DNA of 64,000 nt, from the NCBI GenBank assembly GCA_964016885.1, contig OZ024752.1, positions 20,522,001-20,586,000 of the forward strand. The letters are read 5' to 3'. The notes under the pieces were generated by a model. That model was not told the origin of the DNA and searched no databases. It was given only the letters and a program-made list of their open reading frames with translations. The position numbers and the translations under genes are program-made. Positions within the stretch are counted from its first letter, which is position 1. Every line of letters begins with the position of its first letter. Of the stretch, positions 53,214 to 60,845 are shown in pieces. This DNA comes from Eledone cirrhosa (lineage: Eukaryota).

Positions 53214-54830
53214 TGTTTCTTTTATTTGCCACTAGGGCATCAAAAGTGGGACAAGTACAAAGGGGGGAGTTTACACAAAAAGGCGTCCTCAATAAGCAGG
53301 AGGCAATAACTAAATATAAAAATAAAATAAGATATAACAAAAAATAAAATTTAGAGAGGAGGCGCCTTGGGGGGTCGCACACACCCCCGAAAAAAGTGTG
53401 CAACCCTTTTCCTCAGGAGCACAGAGAGGGGGTGCTCCCTCGTTCCTTCCTCTTTTCCACCTACAGGCTTATGTAAAGAGAAGGCCCATTCACACGGGCC
53501 ATTCTCGCCACTTTCACCCACCTTTCATAAAAACGACTGGGGTGCAGCACCTCTCTCTCCATCCTGATCCTTCTTCCGAAATGATATCGGAAGAAACGGA
53601 CCAGTTGTTGGCCAGAGAGAAAGGTGCCTGACCTCAGTCCTTTCAGACGCGTCCACCATACAACCTCTTTCGCCATGGCTATTACGCACAGAAACACCGC
53701 CTCTGCTTCATCTTGGAAGGGATCTTTTTCGTCTTGCGACGAAAGAGGTTCGTCTTCCTTGTTGGGTGGGAGGGGTATGTTTTCTGGTAGTGTTTGCGGT
53801 GTGCGTGTTTTTGTATTTGTTTTGGGTGGGGAGGGATTGGGTGGGACAGTATTCTGTGTTATTTTTTCACGTGTTTGTTGTTGTTGTGGTGGTGGTGGTG
53901 GGGTTGTTGGTTTTTGTTGTTGTTGTGGTTGTTTTTGTTGTTGTAGTTGGGGTGGTGTTGGTGTTGGTAGCAGTGTTTTTTTCTGTGTGAGCTGGGGACA
54001 GGCAGCCCTCAGGTGACCTCTATTGCCACAGAGGTAACAGGAGGGACGCCTACCCTCCACAATAATGTTGAGGTGGGTACGGTCATCCAGCATGACGCGC
54101 TCAGGGATTTGGGCGATGCGTTCTGGCCTTATTTGGGTCAGAACTTCGAGGCTCGTTCCACTGAACGCGTCGCCGGATGCCTTCCCTATTGAGATGAGGT
54201 TGTCCTCATCTAAATTGAGGAAACCGGTTAGTAACCACCAGTAGTTTATGTTTGGGGTGATGGTGGTTATCCATATCCTCTGGGTTTTTTTACCCATGTA
54301 GGTGGGGAAGAAGGTGTAGTGTGTGGACCGAATTGGCGACACAGAGTATTTTTTTGCCGCCAATTCGTCTTTCATCAATATGGATAAACTCCCTTAGAGT
54401 TTATCCTTTTGTATGAAAGTGATGTCTCTCATCGCGTCTTTCAAGACTAACTGAGTTTCCGCTTGAGATGGTTGCGCTGGTTTCTTTGTTTTATTTAAAA
54501 TTGTTCGGAATACGACAGTTCGTAATTCCGTCTGTCTTTTTAGCTCCGGAGGTGAATGTATAGAAAACGAACCGTTTTCGCCAAAAGACACATATTTCTT
54601 GGCTTTTTCCAGCATTTCTTTTGCTTTTGAAATATCTTCCAGCACATACGCGACTGATAATTTAGCCGTTTGTGCAAAAGATATTTTGTTTTCGTTTTGG
54701 ATATTAGTATTGTTTTGTTTCTCGTCGTTTGAGTTGTTTTCATCTTTGTTGTTGTTGTTGTCTTTCTCGTTTCGTGTGTGGATACTTGTGACGTTTGTGT
54801 TGTTGTTGTTTTTGTTGTCTTTATTGTTGC

Positions 54831-54861
<31 letters not shown>

Positions 54862-55257
54862 GTTTTCAAATTCTTGTGTAGTTGTGGCTACATCTAGTGG
54901 TCGGTCAACAGGTGAAGACAATTCTTCCTCTCTCTGACCTCTGCCTTTGGCATCTGCTGCTGTGACAGTGGCAGGGGGAAGCTGTGAGTATGACTTCCCC
55001 TTTCCTTCTTTGATTGATGGTGAAGATGCTTCAGCCATTTTTCTCAAAATAGGGTTTTTCGAAGTTTTTCGAAAGATAAAATGTTCACAATACTATTTCG
55101 CCCAAAGGCGCAGAATATTTTGAGAGACCGACCAGATCAAAATTTGACCTGGCAGTCCCTCTACAAAATGGTACAAAAATGAAAGTTTACAGTTTACAAT
55201 TTCCGTATGAATTTAAACAAAAACTTACCGAGCGAGCTCAGCACATGTGTCCATCGT
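53214..55257 (-). mobile_element. Non-autonomous ORF1-only Tx1/L1-type retroelement (element B, ~2.0 kb)
   Basis: ~220-bp 5' UTR, gag-like ORF with CCHC knuckle, no endonuclease or RT. 53214-53721 is nearly identical to 55893-56417 of the adjacent LINE. Confidence 0.88.
53461..55038 (-). pseudogene. Gag-like ORF1 (zinc knuckle) fused in frame to the last ~83 codons of ORF2; one in-frame TAA at 54394-54396
   Basis: Tracked ORFs 54394-55047 and 53461-54378 share one frame (..QKDKL*GSLSILMKDE..). ATG at 55038. Motif VEGRRPSCYLCGNRGHLRAAC; Asn-rich and Pro/Gln-rich tracts. The C-terminus DEAEAVFLC...PSLYISL is identical to that of ORF2. Confidence 0.8.
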
Positions 55258-55892
55258 AGAGATAGATAGATTGATAGACAGACATACACAGAGATAGAGA
55301 GACAGACATACACAGAGATAGAGAAACATACATACACAGAGATAGAGAGACAGACATACACAGAGATAGAGAGACAGACATACACAGAGATAGAGAAACA
55401 TACATACACAGAGATAGAGAGACAGACATACACAGAGATAGAGAGACAGACATACACAGAGATAGAGAGACAGACATACACACAGAGATAGAGAAACATA
55501 CATACACAGAGATAGAGAGACAGACATACACAGAGATAGAGAGACAGACATACACAGAGATAGAGAAACATACATACACAGAGATAGAGAGACAGAGATA
55601 GAGAGACAGACATACACACAGAGATAGGGAGACAGGCATACACAGAGATAGAGAGACGGACATACACAGAGATAGAGAGACATACATACATAGAGATAGA
55701 GAGACAGACATACACAGAGATAGAGAGACAGACATACACACAGAGATAGGGAGACAGGCATACACAGAGATAGAGAGACAGACATACACAGAGATAGGGA
55801 GACAGACATACACAGAGATAGGGAGACAGGCATACACAGAGATAGAGAGACATACATACACAGAGATAGAGAGACAGACATACACAGAGATA
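55258..55892. repeat. 24-bp minisatellite, tract 2 (between the two retroelements)
   Basis: Same ACACAGAGATAGAGAGACAGACAT unit. Confidence 0.95.
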
Positions 55893-58800
55893 AGTTTCTT
55901 TTATTTGCCACTAGGGCATCAAAAGTGGGACAAGTACAAAGGGGGGAGTTTACACAAAAAGGCGTCCTCAATAAGGAGGAGGCAATAACAAAATATAAAA
56001 ATAAAATAAGATATAACAAAAAATAAAATTTTTAACAAAATCCTCAATAGAGAGGAGGCGCCTTGGGGGGTCGCACACACCCCCGAAAAAAGTGTGCAAC
56101 CCTTTTCCTCAGGAGCACAGAGAGGGGGTGCTCCCTCGTTCCTTCCTCTTTTCCACCTACAGGCTTATGTAAAGAGAAGGCCCATTCACACGGGCCATTC
56201 TCGCCACTTTCACCCACCTTTCATAAAAACGACTGGGGTGCAGCACCTCTCTCTCCATCCTGATCCTTCTTCCGAAATGATATCGGAAGAAACGGACCAG
56301 TTGTTGGCCAGAGAGAAAGGTGCCTGACCTCAGTCCTTTCAGACGCGTCCACCATACAACCTCTTTCGCCATGGCTATTACGCACAGAAACACCGCCTCT
56401 GCTTCATCTTTGAAGGGGGGAGGCGGCTTGATCATTACAATAGACTCGGTGGTCAACCGGATCGGTCCCACCCTTGACAGCAGTTGTTCGACATAGCCCC
56501 ACAGATCGGCTACGCCCGAGCAGTGTACCAATGCGTGTGCAACGGTTTCCTCGTCGCACACGCATCTGGGACAGATCTTTTTGGCGGGGTCCCTACCCGG
56601 GCGCCCGTGTCTGTAGAGCCTTTCTCGAACGGGTAAAGCCCCTCGGTAGCACTGCCAGGCCAGGGACTTCTGGAAGTTGTCCATAGGTCCCGGGCTGAAT
56701 GTCCTACCGAACAGGCTGGCCAGTTCGTCCTCCTCCATGTCTAGGGCTTCTCCGAGGGCGTCGTCGCACCTGCTGCGTACCAGCCCTCTATAGAATGTTG
56801 CGGTGGAGTCTCCACTGATAACCGGATCCGCCTGCCAGAGGGCGGTGAGCGCCTGGGCACACTCAGTGTGCCAGGCGCCCAGTTTTCTCGGTCTTTGCTT
56901 GACCCAGGATTGCAGCTCGGTGAGTGAGACGAGTCTGGGAAAGGTTCGTCTCACAAACGAGGCCCACACCGGTTGTCCGGTGAGGAATACGTAGAGGTGC
57001 CGTAGCCTTAATGCGTGTTTACGCATCATTAGCCACGGCATCCCCAGCCCTCCTTTCGAAGGGTGTTGACAGCAGATGGATCTCCTCACCATAGGAGCCC
57101 GCCCCTTCCAAAGGAATTGGAAGAGCGCGCGCTCCATCTTGGTGAGGGTTTCCCTTGGGCAGGGCACTACGGTCAGGCGGTAGTAGATGACGGACGCTAT
57201 ATAAGTGTTCGCCACCTCCGCCCGACCTTTCAGGGATAGTTTGCAACTGGCCCACTTCTGGGTCAGTGCAAACACCCTGTTCGTAACCTCCGCCCAGTTT
57301 TTCTCCACCTGGAGGTCCGGTCCGAACCAGACCCCGAGCAACTTCACCGGGCCCTCCGTCCAGCGTCCGACGACGCCATCGGAGGGCATCGGTCTGCCCC
57401 TCCACGTGCCGAGTTGCAAACCGATCGACTTGTCCCGGTTCAGCTTAGCCCCTGTGAACTTTTCGTACTCCTCCAGTAAGGTGCCGACCGCCTCAATTTC
57501 GGAGGCCGTCGACACCATTACTGTCACATCATCGGCGTAGGCTGACACCGCTTTCCGCAATCCCGGTTCCAAAGGGATGCCCTGCAACAACTCCAACTTC
57601 CGCAGTAGTGGCTCGAGAGTCAACACATACAGAAGGGAGGAGAGAGGGCACCCTTGTCGGATGGACCGCGCGATTTTGAACGGCTCCGAGAGGTAGCCGT
57701 TCACCTTGACCCTAGAGCAGATGCGGCTGCTGTGCATAGCAGTGATCCAGCCCCTGAAAACGGGTCCGAAGCCTGCCGCCGCTAGCACCGCATCCAGGTA
57801 ACCATGGTCGACCCTATCGAACGCCTTAGATTGATCCAAGTTGATCAGAGCCCCACCAAAGCCGGGTTCGTTCCCAACCCTCTCTATGATGTATCGCATG
57901 AGGTGGAGGTTGTCATGGATGGACCTGGACGGGATAGCGCATGTCTGCGCATCTCCCACCAGGTTGCCCACGACAAGCGCCAACCTCTTTGCTAGCACCT
58001 TGGCCAAAATCTGTAACTCTGTATTTAGCAGAGTTATGGGCCTGAAGTTACTTATTTCGTCCCCCTTGTTCTCGTCCTTCCTCACTAGCGTGACTACGCC
58101 CTTGGTCACAGTACAGGGAATTCTCCCGTTCTGTTGCCAGTTGCAGTAGACCGCCTCGAGGAGATCGGGGAACAAGTCCGGCATAGCTAGATATAATTCG
58201 TAAGGAAGACCATCGAGACCCGGGGATTTGCGTTTGCCGCATTGGCCCAGCACGTCCTCTATCTCAGCGGCCGAAATCGGCTCCTCGCAAGACTTCGCCT
58301 CCCTGTCCGAGAGGCGCGGCAGGCCGTCGAGGTATGGACCGAAGTCCACGTTTCCAACCGGCTCCCCGCCCCTCCCGAACAGTCGGGCAAAGTGCCTTTG
58401 AAAGGCCTCACACATCTGCTTAGGCTCAAGAATCGCCCGTCCATCCAGGTCTCGCAAAGACCGGATGGTGGATTTAGTTCCACTGTTGGCCTCTGTCACG
58501 CGGGCCCAGCTAACAGCTTTGGCCCCCTCGTTCCCTAGAGCACGTATTTTACTTCGGACAACGCAGCCTTCGTGCTTCGCGTCGAAAAACTGGCTCAAAG
58601 CCGTTCTCGACGCTAGCACTCTGGCCACATCGCCGCTTCTAATTGCCTCTTCTACTCTATCTATTAGCTCCCTTTCCTTCCTATTCCTATCCGCAGCTAG
58701 AACCTTACTAAATTCAATCGAGACTACTCTAATCTCTCTCTTTAGAGATACCCACCACCTGCTGTTGACGATCGCTCCAGTCAACCGTTCCTTAACTAAC

Positions 58801-59708
58801 GTACTAATCCGATTCCTGTAGGCTCTACTTGCCGGCAAGGACAAGTTGAGCTTCCAGTAACCGGGGCCCTGTCTATGCGTTCTATCAAGGTTGACCATGC
58901 AGGTCACCAACTTGTGGTCTGAATAGCCAACCATGAGCATTTCTGGACAACTTAAAAAGTCCCTGTCCTTATTTCTAACTAAAAATCTATCTAGGTACGA
59001 TCTAGATGATCCGCTGCGATTTGACCAAGACCAGGTTGGCACCGTCGGAAAATCTAGTCGAAATCTATCGGCCACGTCAAATCGGCCGAGTAACCCCTTG
59101 AGGCTGTTGCACCCCTCTCTATCGGGACATGCCCCTGCATAGTCCCAACGTGCATCCAGGATACCATTCCAATCCCCCACTAAAAGCAGGGAACGGGACG
59201 TCCCTAGAAAAGACTCCAGACGCTGGAAAAAGTCGGGCCGCTCTGTCCCAAAAGGGGCATATGCGGCTATCAGCCTAAAGGCTCTACCTTCACCACTGCC
59301 AAGGTCCAGCACCACCAGTCGACCCCCTGGGTCCAAGTGAACTATCTGTGTTGCAAGGCCCATATGTTTTTGCAGCAGAACGACAACCCCACCCCCACCT
59401 CCGGGCTGACAGAGAGATGCGTGCATCTCAAAGTCGTCAAAGGTGGGGGCTAGCTGTCGCATGCTGCTGATCCGGGCCTCGCAGATAACCATCACATTTA
59501 TAGATTGTGACCTGAGGTCATTTAGAAGCATTGCTTGCTTCCAAGACGAGCCCAGGCCACGCGCATTTAGACACCCTACTCTTAGCACAGCCATGTTGGT
59601 GGTAAAGAGAAAAGGCACTTACCTCTCTGCGTCCCGGGAAACGGGCCGCTCAATTTCCATGCTGGTTGGGGATGGGTTGTTGGGTGGGGTGGTGGTTTGT
59701 GGAAGTGT
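55893..59708 (-). mobile_element. Tx1/L1-clade LINE (element A), 5'-truncated near the end of ORF1, intact ORF2
   Basis: ORF2 is complete. The 3' UTR ends AATAAAAGAAACT and joins the minisatellite directly. The 5' ~90 bp reads LPQTTTPPNNPSPTSMEIERPVSRDAER*, a probable ORF1 C-terminus. Confidence 0.93.
56157..59594 (-). CDS. LINE ORF2: APE endonuclease + reverse transcriptase + C-terminal zinc finger (1145 aa from ATG 59594)
   Basis: APE motifs LNARGL, GDWN, SYLDRF and SDH. RT motifs KSPGLDG, FRPITLLN, LDQSKAFDRV, RQGCPLS and YADD. C-terminal CPRC...HALVHC. No stops or frameshifts. Confidence 0.97.
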   Translation of the reverse strand: MAVLRVGCLNARGLGSSWKQAMLLNDLRSQSINVMVICEARISSMRQLAPTFDDFEMHASLCQPGGGGGVVVLLQKHMGLATQIVHLDPGGRLVVLDLGSGEGRAFRLIAAYAPFGTERPDFFQRLESFLGTSRSLLLVGDWNGILDARWDYAGACPDREGCNSLKGLLGRFDVADRFRLDFPTVPTWSWSNRSGSSRSYLDRFLVRNKDRDFLSCPEMLMVGYSDHKLVTCMVNLDRTHRQGPGYWKLNLSLPASRAYRNRISTLVKERLTGAIVNSRWWVSLKREIRVVSIEFSKVLAADRNRKERELIDRVEEAIRSGDVARVLASRTALSQFFDAKHEGCVVRSKIRALGNEGAKAVSWARVTEANSGTKSTIRSLRDLDGRAILEPKQMCEAFQRHFARLFGRGGEPVGNVDFGPYLDGLPRLSDREAKSCEEPISAAEIEDVLGQCGKRKSPGLDGLPYELYLAMPDLFPDLLEAVYCNWQQNGRIPCTVTKGVVTLVRKDENKGDEISNFRPITLLNTELQILAKVLAKRLALVVGNLVGDAQTCAIPSRSIHDNLHLMRYIIERVGNEPGFGGALINLDQSKAFDRVDHGYLDAVLAAAGFGPVFRGWITAMHSSRICSRVKVNGYLSEPFKIARSIRQGCPLSSLLYVLTLEPLLRKLELLQGIPLEPGLRKAVSAYADDVTVMVSTASEIEAVGTLLEEYEKFTGAKLNRDKSIGLQLGTWRGRPMPSDGVVGRWTEGPVKLLGVWFGPDLQVEKNWAEVTNRVFALTQKWASCKLSLKGRAEVANTYIASVIYYRLTVVPCPRETLTKMERALFQFLWKGRAPMVRRSICCQHPSKGGLGMPWLMMRKHALRLRHLYVFLTGQPVWASFVRRTFPRLVSLTELQSWVKQRPRKLGAWHTECAQALTALWQADPVISGDSTATFYRGLVRSRCDDALGEALDMEEDELASLFGRTFSPGPMDNFQKSLAWQCYRGALPVRERLYRHGRPGRDPAKKICPRCVCDEETVAHALVHCSGVADLWGYVEQLLSRVGPIRLTTESIVMIKPPPPFKDEAEAVFLCVIAMAKEVVWWTRLKGLRSGTFLSGQQLVRFFRYHFGRRIRMEREVLHPSRFYERWVKVARMARVNGPSLYISL

Positions 59709-60078
59709 ACAGACATACACAGAGATAGAGAGACAGACTTACACAGAGAGATAGAGAGACAGACTTACACAGAGATAGGGAGACAGACATACACAGAGAT
59801 AGAGAAACATACATACACAGAGATAGAGAAACATACATACACAGAGATAGAGAGACAGACATACACAGAGATAGAGAGACAGACTTACACAGAGATAGAG
59901 AGACAGACTTACACAGAGATAGAGAGACAGACATACACAGAGATAGAGAGACAGACATACACAGAGATAGAGAAACATACATACACAGAGATAGAGAGAC
60001 AGACTTACACAGAGATACAGACAAACTGACAGACAATCACATAGACACACCGAGACTGTCACAGACAGACACAGAGAT
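59709..60078. repeat. 24-bp minisatellite, tract 3
   Basis: Same unit with a local GACTTAC variant; decays into CAGA repeats on the right. Confidence 0.93.
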
Positions 60079-60181
60079 ATATTTAAAGTTCATCTGAGAA
60101 GAGAAGAGCACAGTTTGATACTCTAATGATTCTGCCAATAATCAATAACCAATAATAATAATAGAATGTTCTCTTCTTCAG

Positions 60182-60399
60182 ATGAACTTCAACTTCACCG
60201 TATGGATTCTGGAGAATACAGCTACCCGTTCTTATTTATTATCCCGCCCATAGCACCATCATCATGTCCGGGTGACAGAGGCAAAGTAAAATATAAGTTT
60301 ATTGCCATCATACAGCGTTTCTGGAAGTCTCAGATTGAAGAAGAGAAAGTTGTGAAAATCTTCAAACCTCTTGACCTGAACAATGAACCAGGTCCCTCA
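60182..60399 (+). CDS. Arrestin-domain-containing protein, third coding exon (gene continues beyond the window)
   Basis: Acceptor TTCTCTTCTTCAG, donor GTAAGT at 60400; phase 1 in, phase 0 out. GEYSYPFLFIIPPIAPSSCPGDRGKVKYKFIAIIQRFWK...KPLDLN matches the Arrestin_N end pattern (GxxxYPFxFxLP..PSS..G..GxVxY..PLDLN). Confidence 0.92.
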
Positions 60400-60408
60400 G
60401 TAAGTAAA

Positions 60409-60840
60409 CACCACCACAACACCACTACCACTAACACCACCACTACCACCACCACTACCACCACCACTAACACCACTACCACCACCACTAACACCACTAC
60501 CACTAACACCACCACTACCACCACCACTAACACCACTATCACCACTAACACCACTACCACCACCACTAACACCACTATCACCACTAACACCACTACCACC
60601 ACCACTAACACCACTAACACCACCACTAACACCACCACTAACACCACTACCACCACCACTAACACAACTACCACCACCAATAACACAACTACCACCACCA
60701 CTAACACAACTACCACCACCACTAACACAACTACCACCACCACTAACACAACTACCACCACCACTAACACCACTACCACCACCACTAACACCACTACCAC
60801 CACCACTAACACCACTACCACCACCACCACCACTAACACC
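60409..60840. repeat. (ACC/ACT/AAC)n compound trinucleotide repeat, intronic
   Basis: Recurring ACCACCACTAAC units immediately after the exon donor. Confidence 0.95.
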
Positions 60841-60845
60841 TATAA

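Noticed and set aside
52176-53403. Cys/Val/Leu/Ser-rich ORFs (SLYLCVC..., CMSVSLSL...), also at 55194-56019 and 59650-60062
   Set aside because: These are translations of the 24-bp minisatellite, open in multiple frames.
54392-54396. Hairpin-loop micro-inversion acting as an on/off switch for ORF1
   Set aside because: Flipping the 5-nt loop gives CTC CCT TAG, still an in-frame stop, so inversion does not restore the ORF.
56474-59754. Short + strand ORFs overlapping the LINE
   Set aside because: These are antisense shadows of the GC-rich ORF2 with no recognisable motifs.
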